43,253 nt of DNA from a virus (taxonomy: Duplodnaviria; Heunggongvirae; Uroviricota; Caudoviricetes), in IMG/VR virus record IMGVR_UViG_2778261009_000005, positions 1 to 43,253 of that record. One strand, given 5' to 3'. Within the stretch, counting starts at the first letter, position 1, and each line of letters begins with the position of its first letter. The notes below the pieces were generated by a model, which worked only from the letters and a program-made list of their open reading frames with translations, made no database searches and was not told the origin of the DNA. A program made the translations under genes and the position numbers. Positions 11,080 through 21,277 of this stretch are shown piece by piece.

Positions 11080-11300
11080 TATCGGTTAACCAGTTCCTTG
11101 TTGGTGGAGTCCAGGGTGTCAAACAGGGATGCAAATTCAGCATCCAGCGCCGCTTTTTTGTAGGCTTCGAAAGTAGCCTTGCTGACAATTACTGCTGGCT
11201 CACGACCTCTGCGGGTGATTTCAACCTCTTCCCCGGCTTCAACATTGTTGAGCACTTCAGAAAGGTTGCCGCGCGCGGTACGGAAGTTAATGGATTGCAT
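11079..11300 (-). CDS. phd: Phd antitoxin
   Basis: 73-aa [76 protein letters not shown]. Confidence 0.93.
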
Positions 11301-11304
11301 AAAC

Positions 11305-11345
11305 ACCTCGTGTACTCGTTATGTGTACACAATTATAAACTTCAC
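11305..11345 (-). promoter_or_regulatory. phd-doc promoter/operator
   Basis: Minus strand TATAAT followed by palindromic GTGTACAC-type Phd-binding repeats directly upstream of the phd ATG. Confidence 0.6.
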
Positions 11346-11476
11346 AGGCATAAAGCACCAGCACTTTGCGGCTTAACAAACCTCTAGGCAGGTCATTCGT
11401 AGCCTAATGTCCGAACTGCTAAAGCATCCAAGTTGCTGTAGAATCACCGCCAATTACATAAGCCTGAAATAAGTGG

Positions 11477-13039
11477 ATGAAAATGACAAGTATTCAACAA
11501 CGTGCAGAGCTTCATCGTCAAATCTGGCAAATTGCTAACGATGTCAGGGGTTCGGTCGATGGATGGGATTTTAAGCAATACGTTCTGGGCGCACTTTTCT
11601 ACCGTTTTATCAGCGAAAATTTTTCCAGTTATATTGAAGCCGGTGATGACAGTATCTGTTATGCGAAACTGGATGACAGCGTAATTACTGATGACATTAA
11701 AGACGATGCCATCAAAACTAAAGGCTACTTCATCTACCCCAGTCAGCTTTTCTGCAACGTAGCTGCGAAAGCAAATACCAATGACAGACTGAACGCAGAT
11801 TTAAACAGCATCTTCGTTGCTATCGAAAGTTCTGCTTACGGCTACCCTTCAGAAGCAGACATCAAAGGTTTGTTTGCTGATTTCGATACCACCAGTAACC
11901 GCCTGGGTAACACCGTTAAAGATAAAAATGCCCGCCTGGCTGCGGTTCTGAAAGGGGTTGAAGGGTTAAAACTTGGTGACTTCAACGAACATCAGATTGA
12001 CCTGTTCGGTGATGCCTATGAGTTCCTGATTTCTAACTATGCGGCAAATGCCGGTAAGTCAGGCGGTGAGTTCTTTACACCGCAGCACGTCTCCAAGCTG
12101 ATTGCACAACTGGCTATGCACGGGCAGACCAACGTTAACAAAATCTACGACCCGGCAGCGGGTTCCGGCTCACTGTTGTTGCAGGCTAAAAAGCAGTTTG
12201 ATAACCATATCATCGAAGAAGGCTTTTTTGGTCAGGAAATCAACCATACAACCTATAACCTGGCACGTATGAACATGTTTTTGCACAACATCAACTACGA
12301 CAAGTTTGATATCAAGCTGGGTAATACACTGACTGAGCCACACTTCAGAGATGAAAAACCGTTTGATGCCATCGTTTCTAACCCGCCGTATTCGGTGAAA
12401 TGGATTGGCAGCGATGACCCGACGCTGATTAACGATGAACGTTTTGCCCCGGCTGGCGTCCTGGCCCCCAAATCCAAAGCTGACTTTGCGTTTGTACTAC
12501 ATGCGCTGAACTATCTTTCGGCCAAAGGTCGTGCTGCGATTGTCTGCTTCCCGGGTATTTTTTACCGTGGCGGCGCGGAGCAGAAAATCCGTCAGTATCT
12601 GGTCGATAATAACTATGTCGAAACCGTGATTTCACTGGCACCGAACCTGTTCTTTGGCACCACTATTGCTGTAAACATTCTGGTGCTGTCTAAACATAAA
12701 ACGGATACCAAAGTTCAGTTTATTGATGCCAGCGAACTGTTCAAAAAAGAAACCAACAACAATATCCTGACCGATGCCCATATCGAACAGATTATGCAGG
12801 TATTTGCCAGCAAGGAAGATGTTGCTCATCTGGCGAAATCTGTTGCGTTTGAGACTGTTGTCGCGAATGACTATAACCTGTCGGTGAGCAGCTATGTGGA
12901 AGCGAAAGATAACCGCGAAATTATCGATATCGGTGAGCTGAATGCAGAGCTGAAAACCACGGTCAGCAAAATCGACCAGTTGCGTAAAGATATTGATGCA
13001 ATTGTGGCTGAAATTGAAGGCTGCGAGGTGCAGAAATGA
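11477..13039 (+). CDS. hsdM: Type I restriction-modification methyltransferase subunit HsdM (N6-adenine)
   Basis: 520-aa [28 protein letters not shown]... with AdoMet motif and NPPY catalytic motif (VSNPPYS). Confidence 0.92.
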   Translation: MKMTSIQQRAELHRQIWQIANDVRGSVDGWDFKQYVLGALFYRFISENFSSYIEAGDDSICYAKLDDSVITDDIKDDAIKTKGYFIYPSQLFCNVAAKANTNDRLNADLNSIFVAIESSAYGYPSEADIKGLFADFDTTSNRLGNTVKDKNARLAAVLKGVEGLKLGDFNEHQIDLFGDAYEFLISNYAANAGKSGGEFFTPQHVSKLIAQLAMHGQTNVNKIYDPAAGSGSLLLQAKKQFDNHIIEEGFFGQEINHTTYNLARMNMFLHNINYDKFDIKLGNTLTEPHFRDEKPFDAIVSNPPYSVKWIGSDDPTLINDERFAPAGVLAPKSKADFAFVLHALNYLSAKGRAAIVCFPGIFYRGGAEQKIRQYLVDNNYVETVISLAPNLFFGTTIAVNILVLSKHKTDTKVQFIDASELFKKETNNNILTDAHIEQIMQVFASKEDVAHLAKSVAFETVVANDYNLSVSSYVEAKDNREIIDIGELNAELKTTVSKIDQLRKDIDAIVAEIEGCEVQK

Positions 13040-14241
13040 GCGAGATGAGTTATCTGGAAAAATTGCTGGATGGGGTTGAGGTTGAGTGGAAGACACTTGG
13101 GCAAACTTGCAAAATTGAAACAGGAAAGCTTAATGCGAATGCGGCTGTTGATGATGGAGAGTATATGTTCTTCACGACAGCCAAAGAGACAAGCAAAATT
13201 GATAAATTCCGCTGGGATACAGAGGCATTGCTGATTGCAGGCAATGCGAATGTTGGTGAGGTGAAGCATTACATCGGCAAGTTTGAGGCTTATCAGCGCA
13301 CCTATGTTCTGACAAATTTCGACGAAAATGTAAGTGTTAGATTTTTGTATTTTGTGCTTAGCCATAGCCTGAAGAAATATCTCGAGGAAAGAACAAATAG
13401 CGCGGCAATGACATATATCGTGCTATCAACCTTAGAGAATTTCCCTATCCCCATCCCCTGCCCGGATAATCCGGAAAAATCCCTTGCCATCCAGTCTGAA
13501 ATCGTTCGGATTCTGGATAAATTTACTGCACTTACCGCTGAGCTTACCGCTGAGCTTAACATGCGTAAAAAACAGTACAACTACTATCGCGACCAGTTGT
13601 TGAGTTTTAAAGATGGTGAGGTTGAGTGGAAGACTTTGGGGGAAATTGGAGATTTTACATATGGATATGCAGCCAAAGCCATGGATTCAGGAGATGCCCG
13701 TTTCGTGAGAATTACTGACATAAATAAAGACGGGAAGCTATCGAAAGAAAACCCAATGTACGTTGAATTAAATGAGGAAAATGAGAAATATACCTTAGAC
13801 AAAAATGATTTACTCATGGCAAGAACTGGGGCAACCTTTGGTAAAACAATGATTTTTGAAGAAGATTATCCAGCAGTATACGCTGGTTTTTTAATAAAGT
13901 TGAACCTAAATAAAACGATTATTAATGCCAAATATTACTGGCACTTTGCACAAAGTGATTTTTTTTGGGAACAGGCTAATAAATTAGTATCTGGTGGTGG
14001 GCAACCACAGTTTAATGCTAATGCACTGAAACAAGTCAGAGTACCTATTCCATACCCATCTCACCCTCAAAAATCTTTAGACGAACAGGGGCGTATTGTG
14101 GATATTCTGGATAAGTTTGATGCAATCACAGCTTCCATCACCGAAGGTCTCCCGCGTGAAATCGAGTTGCGCCAGAAACAATACGAGTACTATCGTGATT
14201 TACTGCTCAGTTTCCCAAAACCTGAAACTGTCAGTAATTAA
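13036..14241 (+). CDS. hsdS: Type I specificity subunit HsdS (Type IC, EcoR124-like)
   Basis: 401-aa ORF with two target-recognition domains each opening GEVEWKTLG, central TAELTAEL repeat and two conserved ILDKF...YYRD..LLSF regions; start overlaps the hsdM stop. Confidence 0.9.
   Translation: MSEMSYLEKLLDGVEVEWKTLGQTCKIETGKLNANAAVDDGEYMFFTTAKETSKIDKFRWDTEALLIAGNANVGEVKHYIGKFEAYQRTYVLTNFDENVSVRFLYFVLSHSLKKYLEERTNSAAMTYIVLSTLENFPIPIPCPDNPEKSLAIQSEIVRILDKFTALTAELTAELNMRKKQYNYYRDQLLSFKDGEVEWKTLGEIGDFTYGYAAKAMDSGDARFVRITDINKDGKLSKENPMYVELNEENEKYTLDKNDLLMARTGATFGKTMIFEEDYPAVYAGFLIKLNLNKTIINAKYYWHFAQSDFFWEQANKLVSGGGQPQFNANALKQVRVPIPYPSHPQKSLDEQGRIVDILDKFDAITASITEGLPREIELRQKQYEYYRDLLLSFPKPETVSN
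13531..13557 (+). repeat. Tandem 12-bp repeat (ACCGCTGAGCTT x2, coding TAEL-TAEL) in hsdS central conserved region
   Basis: CTT-ACCGCTGAGCTT-ACCGCTGAGCTT-AAC read directly; the same repeat exists in EcoR124I/II hsdS, where copy number sets the recognition-site spacer length. Confidence 0.8.
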
Positions 14242-14362
14242 TTGACCATTATTACAGACCGGATCACCTTAACATCCGGTCTGTATATAGACTATTTTTT
14301 ACACGCCGGAAAGCACCCTTAACGCCCTTCCGGCCCTTGCCAGACGGCATAAAGGATGCGCT

Positions 14363-17300
14363 ATGACTCATCAGACACACACTATTGCTGAATCCAATAA
14401 CTTTATCGTCCTTGATAAGTACATCAACGCTGAGCCAACAGGCGACAGCTACCAGAGCGAATCGGACCTGGAACGTGAACTGATTCAGGACCTGCGGAAT
14501 CAGGGCTATGAATTTATATCCGTAAAATCTCAGTCGGCTATGCTGTCCAATGTTCGGGAACAGCTTCAGAGCCTCAATGGTGTGGTGTTTAATGACAGCG
14601 AGTGGCGGCGTTTCACGGAGCAGTATCTGGACAACCCGAGCGATGGCATTCTGGATAAGACCCGTAAAATCCATATCGACTATATTTGCGACTTTATTTT
14701 TGATGACGAGCGACTTGAGAACATCTATTTGATAGATAAAAAGAATCTCATGCGCAATAAGGTGCAGATTATCCAGCAGTTTGAACAGACGGGTTCTCAT
14801 GCTAACCGTTATGACGTCACGATCCTGGTTAATGGTTTACCGCTGGTGCAAATCGAACTAAAAAAACGCGGGGTGGCGATTCGTGAGGCTTTCAACCAGA
14901 TACATCGTTACAGTAAAGAGAGTTTTAACAGCGAAAATTCCCTGTTTAAGTATCTGCAACTGTTTGTCATTTCTAACGGCACCGATACCCGTTATTTTGC
15001 CAACACGACAAAGCGCGATAAAAACAGTTTTGACTTCACCATGAATTGGGCGAAATCAGACAACACGCTGATTAAAGACCTCAAAGACTTTACCGCTACC
15101 TTTTTCCAGAAACATACTCTGCTGAATGTTCTGGTGAACTACAGCGTTTTTGACAGTAGTCAGACGCTACTGGTGATGCGACCGTACCAGATTGCCGCCA
15201 CCGAGCGCATTCTGTGGAAAATTAAGAGTTCCTTTACAGCGAAGAACTGGTCAAAACCGGAAAGCGGTGGGTATATCTGGCACACTACCGGTTCTGGTAA
15301 AACCCTCACCAGCTTTAAAGCCGCGCGTCTGGCAACAGAGCTGGACTTTATTGATAAAGTCTTCTTTGTGGTCGACAGGAAAGACCTCGATTACCAGACC
15401 ATGAAGGAATATCAGCGTTTTTCGCCAGACAGCGTCAACGGCTCGGAAAATACCGCAGGCCTTAAACGAAATCTGGATAAGGACGATAACAAAATTATCG
15501 TCACTACTATTCAGAAACTTAATAACCTGATGAAAGCAGAAAGCGACCTGCCTGTATATAATCAGCAAGTGGTGTTTATATTTGATGAATGCCACCGCAG
15601 CCAGTTTGGAGAAGCGCAGAAAAACCTGAAGAAGAAATTCAAACGCTATTATCAGTTTGGTTTTACCGGCACACCTATTTTCCCGGAAAACGCCTTAGGC
15701 TCAGAAACGACCGCCAGCGTATTTGGTCGTGAATTGCATTCGTATGTAATTACCGATGCGATTCGTGATGAAAAAGTGCTCAAATTCAAGGTGGACTATA
15801 ACGATGTGCGGCCACAGTTTAAGTCTTTAGAGACAGAAACTGACGAGAAAAAACTAAGTGCGGCTGAAAATCAGCAGGCGTTTCTTCATCCCATGCGTAT
15901 ACAGGAAATTACGCAATATATTCTGAATAACTTCCGCCAGAAGACGCACCGTACTTTCCCTGGCGCAAAAGGTTTTAATGCTATGTTGGCAGTGAGCAGC
16001 GTGGATGCTGCAAAAGCCTATTACGCGGCGTTTAAACGGTTACAAGAGGAAGCCGCTAATAAATCTGCAACTTATAAACCGCTGCGTGTTGCGACAATCT
16101 TCTCCTTTGCCGCTAATGAAGAACAAAATGCCATTGGTGAAATTTCCGATGAAACTTTTGATACCAGCGCAATGGACAGCAGTGCTAAAGAGTTTCTTGA
16201 CGCTGCAATTCGTGAGTATAACAGCTATTTTAAAACTAACTTCAGCACCGACGGTAACGGTTTTCAGAACTACTATCGCGATTTAGCCCAACGGGTTAAA
16301 AATCAGGATATCGATCTGTTAATTGTCGTGGGGATGTTTTTAACTGGCTTCGATGCTCCAACATTGAACACGCTATTCGTCGATAAAAACCTGCGTTTTC
16401 ACGGCTTGATGCAGGCATTTTCCCGCACCAACCGTATTTATGATGCAACTAAAACCTTCGGTAATATCGTCACTTTCCGGGATCTGGAACGCTCAACTAT
16501 TGATGCCATAACGCTGTTTGGTGACAAAAACACCAAAAATGTGGTTTTAGAAAAGAGTTATGCAGAGTATATGGAAGGCTTTACTGATGCTGCCACTGGT
16601 GAAGCTAAGCGCGGCTTTATGGCAGTAGTTTCAGAACTGGAACAACGGTTCCCTGACCCTGCCAGTATTGAAAGTGAAAAAGAGAAGAAAGACTTCGTTA
16701 AACTGTTTGGTGAATACCTGCGTGCCGAGAACATCCTGCAAAACTATGATGAATTTGCCACGCTGAAAGCCCTGCAACAAATCGATCTTAGCGATCCTGT
16801 TGCGGTAGAAAAATTCAAAGCAGAACATTATGTGGATGATGAAAAGTTCGCTGAATTGCAAACGATTCGTCTCCCTGCTGAACGCAAGATTCAGGATTAT
16901 CGTTCTGCCTATAACGATATTCGTGACTGGCAGCGCCGCGAGAAAGAAGCTGATAAAAAAGAAAAATCAACCACTGACTGGGATGACGTGGTTTTTGAGG
17001 TCGATTTGCTGAAGTCTCAGGAAATAAACCTGGATTATATCCTTGGACTGATTTTCGAACACAACAGACAAAATAAAGGCAAGGGCGAAATGATCGAAGA
17101 GGTCAAACGCTTAATTCGTTCAAGCCTGGGGAACCGGGCGAAAGAGGGCCTGGTGGTCGATTTTATTCAGCAAACGAACCTGGATGATTTACCGGATAAA
17201 GCCAGCATCATTGACGCATTCTTTACGTTTGCTCAACGCGAACAGCAACGTGAAGCAGAAGCATTGATAAAAGAAGAAAATCTCAATGAAGATGCAGCAA

Positions 17301-17479
17301 AACGCTATATTCGCACGTCTTTAAAACGCGAATATGCCACCGAAAATGGCACAGAATTAAACGAAACATTACCAAAACTTAGTCCATTGAATCCGCAATA
17401 TAAAACGAAAAAACAGGCAGTTTTCCAGAAAATCGTCTCGTTTATTGAGAAGTTTAAAGGCGTAGGCGGAAAAATATAG
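14363..17479 (+). CDS. hsdR: Type I restriction endonuclease/translocase subunit HsdR
   Basis: 1038-aa ORF with helicase motifs TGSGKT and DECH and an N-terminal nuclease region; own ribosome-binding site AAAGGA. Confidence 0.92.
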   Translation: MTHQTHTIAESNNFIVLDKYINAEPTGDSYQSESDLERELIQDLRNQGYEFISVKSQSAMLSNVREQLQSLNGVVFNDSEWRRFTEQYLDNPSDGILDKTRKIHIDYICDFIFDDERLENIYLIDKKNLMRNKVQIIQQFEQTGSHANRYDVTILVNGLPLVQIELKKRGVAIREAFNQIHRYSKESFNSENSLFKYLQLFVISNGTDTRYFANTTKRDKNSFDFTMNWAKSDNTLIKDLKDFTATFFQKHTLLNVLVNYSVFDSSQTLLVMRPYQIAATERILWKIKSSFTAKNWSKPESGGYIWHTTGSGKTLTSFKAARLATELDFIDKVFFVVDRKDLDYQTMKEYQRFSPDSVNGSENTAGLKRNLDKDDNKIIVTTIQKLNNLMKAESDLPVYNQQVVFIFDECHRSQFGEAQKNLKKKFKRYYQFGFTGTPIFPENALGSETTASVFGRELHSYVITDAIRDEKVLKFKVDYNDVRPQFKSLETETDEKKLSAAENQQAFLHPMRIQEITQYILNNFRQKTHRTFPGAKGFNAMLAVSSVDAAKAYYAAFKRLQEEAANKSATYKPLRVATIFSFAANEEQNAIGEISDETFDTSAMDSSAKEFLDAAIREYNSYFKTNFSTDGNGFQNYYRDLAQRVKNQDIDLLIVVGMFLTGFDAPTLNTLFVDKNLRFHGLMQAFSRTNRIYDATKTFGNIVTFRDLERSTIDAITLFGDKNTKNVVLEKSYAEYMEGFTDAATGEAKRGFMAVVSELEQRFPDPASIESEKEKKDFVKLFGEYLRAENILQNYDEFATLKALQQIDLSDPVAVEKFKAEHYVDDEKFAELQTIRLPAERKIQDYRSAYNDIRDWQRREKEADKKEKSTTDWDDVVFEVDLLKSQEINLDYILGLIFEHNRQNKGKGEMIEEVKRLIRSSLGNRAKEGLVVDFIQQTNLDDLPDKASIIDAFFTFAQREQQREAEALIKEENLNEDAAKRYIRTSLKREYATENGTELNETLPKLSPLNPQYKTKKQAVFQKIVSFIEKFKGVGGKI

Positions 17480-17558
17480 CCCAATTCGTGTTTTTCTTGC
17501 GGGTTCTTAATTAAACCCGCAAGAGACCGTGGGGTTCCAAATGGCTAATATACTCCCC

Positions 17559-17645
17559 TTATCCATGAGCGACGATGCCGCCAAAAGTGATAGAGAACAA
17601 CCAGAAATAGATCGCGGCCATAATGATTTTGAATGCCGTGTTCAT
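17559..17645 (-). CDS. Candidate 28-aa hydrophobic peptide
   Basis: MNTAFKIIMAAIYFWLFSITFGGIVAHG with AGGAG 9 nt upstream of the ATG; below the ORF-track size cutoff; unverified. Confidence 0.3.
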   Translation of the reverse strand: MNTAFKIIMAAIYFWLFSITFGGIVAHG

Positions 17646-17673
17646 ATTTTCAGCTCCTGTGATTGATTGGATA

Positions 17674-17704
17674 CATGCCGCGCCTTGCGGCATGTTTTTA
17701 TTTT
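17674..17704 (+). terminator. Intrinsic terminator (plus strand) downstream of hsdR
   Basis: CATGCCGC-gcctt-GCGGCATG followed by TTTTTATTTT. Confidence 0.65.
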
Positions 17705-17727
17705 CACTTTCTCTGTTTTAAATATCA

Positions 17728-17744
17728 AGATTTATTAGAGCAAT
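17728..17744 (-). promoter_or_regulatory. C1 operator-like site
   Basis: Minus strand ATTGCTCTAATAAATCT, 16/17 match. Confidence 0.6.
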
Positions 17745-18250
17745 TATTGTTGATGAAGAAGCGTGTTTTCATACTCCATGACCATTAACGTAAGCACGCC
17801 GTGACGCCTGAAAACACGCGCCACTTCAATCTTATCTTCCAGCGCGAACGCAATTTTGCTTAGACCAATTTTCTTAAGGAGATCAATCTTTGCTGGACCG
17901 TCATTTCTGTCATCGGTGGCGGGACGCATAGATAGCAAAGGCTCTGCCCCGTTTGTTACGTACTTCCGCAGCCAGGCTCGTGTTTTATCCCTTGCGATCT
18001 CACAGCGCCCGGTTACAAACCAGACCGTGTAAACGTTAAATAACTGGCGCACCATATCAATAACTGGAGTGATGGGAGTATCGGTGTCACAGGCGAGATT
18101 AAACTCGTTCCAGTCCTTTGTTAATGCACCTTTACCTGGTGGCGGAAGCAAATGCAGTCTGTCTTCAGTTGCCTCTGATATTGTTCCATCAATATCAACT
18201 ATGACGATATACGGACGTTCCTGGTGTGCGTGTTTATTGAAAATACTCAA
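17744..18250 (-). CDS. HAD-superfamily phosphatase-like protein
   Basis: 168-aa ORF with DxDGT motif (IVIVDIDGTIS) typical of HAD/PNK-type phosphatases; TTG start with GAGGAGG ribosome-binding site. Confidence 0.5.
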   Translation of the reverse strand: MSIFNKHAHQERPYIVIVDIDGTISEATEDRLHLLPPPGKGALTKDWNEFNLACDTDTPITPVIDMVRQLFNVYTVWFVTGRCEIARDKTRAWLRKYVTNGAEPLLSMRPATDDRNDGPAKIDLLKKIGLSKIAFALEDKIEVARVFRRHGVLTLMVMEYENTLLHQQ

Positions 18251-18268
18251 ATGCCCTCCTCATTGGAC

Positions 18269-18303
18269 GAAAAAAATGCTGGTGGGCGCACTCCACCAGC
18301 ATT
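18269..18303 (-). terminator. Intrinsic terminator (minus strand) after the 420-aa gene
   Basis: 11-bp stem AATGCTGGTGG/CCACCAGCATT, followed on the minus strand by T6. Confidence 0.6.
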
Positions 18304-18322
18304 AAAAGTGACACTGTAACTG

Positions 18323-19585
18323 TCAGCGAACGTAAATAGTGCCGCCGTTCTCTTTTTCCCATGCATTGCTACGTGCATAGCAAACATCGAGAAGTCTTCT
18401 TGCCGCTGTTTCCTCTAAACCCAATTCGACAACCAACTGCTCATGACGGCGGGTAACCACATCAAACAGGGTATGCAGCCCTTTAGCTGCCAGATCATCA
18501 ATAAATTCCGGTTCGAACGGCAGCTCTGCATCTGCCAACATAACCTCTTGCGCCCACTCGACACGGCGGACCAGTTCCGGGCGGCGGCTTTCCATCTCTT
18601 TACAGATCAATTCATGGAAGAACTCTACCCAACCTTCCGGCTGGAACTCGCGGAAAATGGCCAGCGGCTGGAAGTTTGGCATCAACCATTCGTTGATTCG
18701 GATATCAATGGCATAGCCCATGTCGCAGCAGAACTGATAAGCAAAGTCCAGCTTAGAAACGATATAAGGACGCTCGTTATTGAACTCTTTAGGCGATGAG
18801 ATCCCATAAGCCAGGAGGCGCGGGAAGAAGGAGATTTGCCCTAACGTCGGATGAAGTTTGCTTGCAGGGAAACGGCGCTCAGTAATGCCATACATTTCCT
18901 TCTTGAGCGTCGCAAATTTGGCATTCTCATTAACCAGCGCGGTAACCTCTGCTTTTTTATTAGCAAATGCCACGCGCGCTTCGCTTGCATCTTTAATAGT
19001 TTTTTTGAGCTGTTGGTTAAGGTCGGCGACCTGCTTACGCAGTTCCTGTCGCTCGCTTTTAGCTTTGTTATAGCGTTTCTCAAGGTTAAAAGGATCAAGT
19101 TTCATGATCTCTTTATATTGAGATTTTAGCGTTGAAATCTGTGAGTTCCGCAGTTCAACCATCGCGGTCATTTCATTGAGTTTTGTTTCCAGCTCAATGC
19201 TTATACGTTCGGCATTATCAGCACGCTGGTTGGCGTCATGCGTCGCATCGTCGATCGCGTCCTGTTGCTGGCGTTTCAAATGTTCAATTTGCAGCTGAAG
19301 CTCTTCAATTTCTTTACCCTTCAGACCGAGATCCAACTGCATATTTTCAGCTGCATCTACCAGGGAGTTATGGCTATCAGCTTCTGCGTTATAAACATCA
19401 ATAAGCTGTGCGTGAAGCATCTCCGCTGACTGAACCGCATTATCAAAAAAACGTGCTGTGAGGTCATCACAACTAACGCGGCGTTGCGCGGCCCGGATGT
19501 TCTGGATAATGGCCGGGATACCGGCATTCAGGACATCAGGGATAGATACATTTTCGATTGATTGGTTTTGTGCTGAAGTGCTCAT
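18323..19585 (-). CDS. Hypothetical protein, coiled-coil N-terminal half plus C-terminal globular domain
   Basis: 420-aa ORF; heptad-rich region about residues 80-230; no nucleotide-binding motif recognised; start 1 nt after the stop of the upstream 72-aa ORF. Confidence 0.55.
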   Translation of the reverse strand: MSTSAQNQSIENVSIPDVLNAGIPAIIQNIRAAQRRVSCDDLTARFFDNAVQSAEMLHAQLIDVYNAEADSHNSLVDAAENMQLDLGLKGKEIEELQLQIEHLKRQQQDAIDDATHDANQRADNAERISIELETKLNEMTAMVELRNSQISTLKSQYKEIMKLDPFNLEKRYNKAKSERQELRKQVADLNQQLKKTIKDASEARVAFANKKAEVTALVNENAKFATLKKEMYGITERRFPASKLHPTLGQISFFPRLLAYGISSPKEFNNERPYIVSKLDFAYQFCCDMGYAIDIRINEWLMPNFQPLAIFREFQPEGWVEFFHELICKEMESRRPELVRRVEWAQEVMLADAELPFEPEFIDDLAAKGLHTLFDVVTRRHEQLVVELGLEETAARRLLDVCYARSNAWEKENGGTIYVR

Positions 19586-19586
19586 T

Positions 19587-19805
19587 TCAAAGTTCCGTAT
19601 TAGCTTGTGCTTCGGTCATTTTTCCTAAGTATGAAGGAGGAAGGACTACGCAATTTGTATCCAGTCCCTCACCTATGGCAGCCTGTAAAATTCTGGCTAA
19701 GGTGAGTCTCTTGTTGCGATACCTGGTGATGACATGCCTGATACCGCCGGTCGGCGTAACAAAGGCGATCAGCCAGTAGTGATATTTCCGTCGGAATGGC
19801 CACAT
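19587..19805 (-). CDS. Hypothetical small protein (72 aa), first gene of a C1-controlled operon
   Basis: AAGGTG ribosome-binding site 5 nt upstream; operator 14 bp upstream; stop adjacent to the start of the 420-aa gene. Confidence 0.4.
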   Translation of the reverse strand: MWPFRRKYHYWLIAFVTPTGGIRHVITRYRNKRLTLARILQAAIGEGLDTNCVVLPPSYLGKMTEAQANTEL

Positions 19806-19819
19806 AGTGCACCTTGTAG

Positions 19820-19836
19820 ATTGCTCTAATAAAAAA
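19820..19836 (+). promoter_or_regulatory. C1 operator-like site
   Basis: ATTGCTCTAATAAAAAA, 14/17 match. Confidence 0.55.
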
Positions 19837-19860
19837 CGTGATGAGTGTACATCACGTTTT
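19837..19860. terminator. Bidirectional hairpin terminator between two convergent C1 operator-like sites
   Basis: CGTGATG-agtgta-CATCACG flanked by an A-run and a T-run. Confidence 0.5.
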
Positions 19861-19868
19861 AAAAAAAT

Positions 19869-19885
19869 TGAATTATTAGAGCAAT
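19869..19885 (-). promoter_or_regulatory. C1 operator-like site
   Basis: Minus strand ATTGCTCTAATAATTCA, 14/17 match. Confidence 0.5.
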
Positions 19886-19886
19886 A

Positions 19887-20588
19887 TTATTCTGATTCTC
19901 GCTCAAAAAATGAGCTGATAAGGGGAAGCCAATCCTCTGACACTTCGCGAGGTCGCGGTTTGCCGTGGAAAAAGATTATTCGGCAGTCTTTTGGTAATGC
20001 CCCATTCCCCCTGGAGTAACGCGCGCTCGCATATTTTGAACCTGGTTCCACAACATCGGCCTTGTAACTTACAAACCATCCTGGATACAGATCCTGAAAT
20101 GCTGGTGTATCATCGCCCATAACCTTTCGTAAGAACCCCTGGTCACCCCAGCACTCAGTAGTGACACAACGAGAAATCCAACCTTCCGGATCTTGCCAGA
20201 ATGAACTCCAGATATGCGCTTTAACACTATTTGGTATCCACAGGGCACCGCTGCCACGATATTGTGGATGGTAAAAATCCCTAAGCATGGTGAAGCTGGT
20301 TGGTGGATGCTCTAGGATTGGGCGTATATCACCGGCAATAACCGTGTCCAAATCCAGATAGAACAGATCATCGGTTATATCCGGTCGGAACAACTCGATT
20401 TTCGCCCACCAGCCACGGCACTTTTGCCACTGGTTGATCAATGGGACAACTTTGACGCCAGGTACATGTAAACGCTTCAGGTCTGTCAGGCAAATAATTT
20501 CATAGCCTTTTGGCAGTTGATTAACCAGCCACTGCACATCGGAAGCGTTATAGTCACCACCAGAGCGAAAAACTAAAGCAATCTTCAT
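19887..20588 (-). CDS. Hypothetical protein, possible nucleotide-sugar transferase-like fold
   Basis: 233-aa ORF with a DLD motif; assignment weak. Confidence 0.45.
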   Translation of the reverse strand: MKIALVFRSGGDYNASDVQWLVNQLPKGYEIICLTDLKRLHVPGVKVVPLINQWQKCRGWWAKIELFRPDITDDLFYLDLDTVIAGDIRPILEHPPTSFTMLRDFYHPQYRGSGALWIPNSVKAHIWSSFWQDPEGWISRCVTTECWGDQGFLRKVMGDDTPAFQDLYPGWFVSYKADVVEPGSKYASARYSRGNGALPKDCRIIFFHGKPRPREVSEDWLPLISSFFERESE

Positions 20589-21277
20589 GCTGCACCATCA
20601 CCTTTCACTTTCATCAATGTCAGGTTTCCGCAAAATACGGCACTAGTGTCGATATACTGCTGATTCCAGAATGTCTTCGGGCTTTTCACCGGAGTGTGAC
20701 CAAAGATAAAACGATCTGCGCCCGAAATTTCGCCACCAATATCATCCATCGAATCACTGATACGCTCGCGCGCCCAGACAACGTTGAAAAGCGGCACCTC
20801 CTTACCGAATTGGTATTCATTATCCGGATAGTCGGCATGGGCTATAACGATAGTTTCTTGCCCCGTGTTCAACTCAATGATATAGGGCAGACGCTTTACC
20901 AGCTCCACCAGCGCCCAGGCTAATATTTCCTGATCAGTGTCCAGCATGAAGAACCATTGTCCGCCATTCATTAGCCAGTTATTCACGTTGCCATCTGGAC
21001 TTAACGCATCAATCATCAGCCGCTCATGGTTCCCCATCACTGCCCTGAACCAGGGCATCTGCAATAGTTCCAGACATTCGACATTTTCAGTACCGCGATC
21101 GATAAGGTCGCCGACCAATATCAGTAAATCCTGCGCCGGGTCAAAATCCACACGATGGAGTTCGGACATCAGTCTGGTGTAGCAACCATGCAGATCACCA
21201 ACAACCCAGACATTCCTGTATTTGGTACCGTCGATACGGTGATAAATTGTGGGTGCCATCATGTATTCTTCAGCCAT
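20585..21277 (-). CDS. ppp: Ser/Thr protein phosphatase, lambda-PPase family (P1 Ppp-like)
   Basis: 230-aa ORF with metallophosphatase motifs GDLHG, GDLIDRG and GNHE. Confidence 0.85.
   Translation of the reverse strand: MAEEYMMAPTIYHRIDGTKYRNVWVVGDLHGCYTRLMSELHRVDFDPAQDLLILVGDLIDRGTENVECLELLQMPWFRAVMGNHERLMIDALSPDGNVNNWLMNGGQWFFMLDTDQEILAWALVELVKRLPYIIELNTGQETIVIAHADYPDNEYQFGKEVPLFNVVWARERISDSMDDIGGEISGADRFIFGHTPVKSPKTFWNQQYIDTSAVFCGNLTLMKVKGDGAA

Noticed and set aside
12632-15595. Several minus-strand ORFs (12632..13096, 12892..13365, 13302..13580, 14264..14800, 15251..15595)
   Set aside because: All are antisense within hsdM/hsdS/hsdR, whose products carry clear catalytic motifs.
19587-19885. 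Interpretation of the 72-aa/420-aa operon as immI (c4-icd-ant)
   Set aside because: Only 14 bp separate the operator from the first start codon and the inter-operator hairpin is about 33 nt, leaving no room for a 77-nt c4 RNA.
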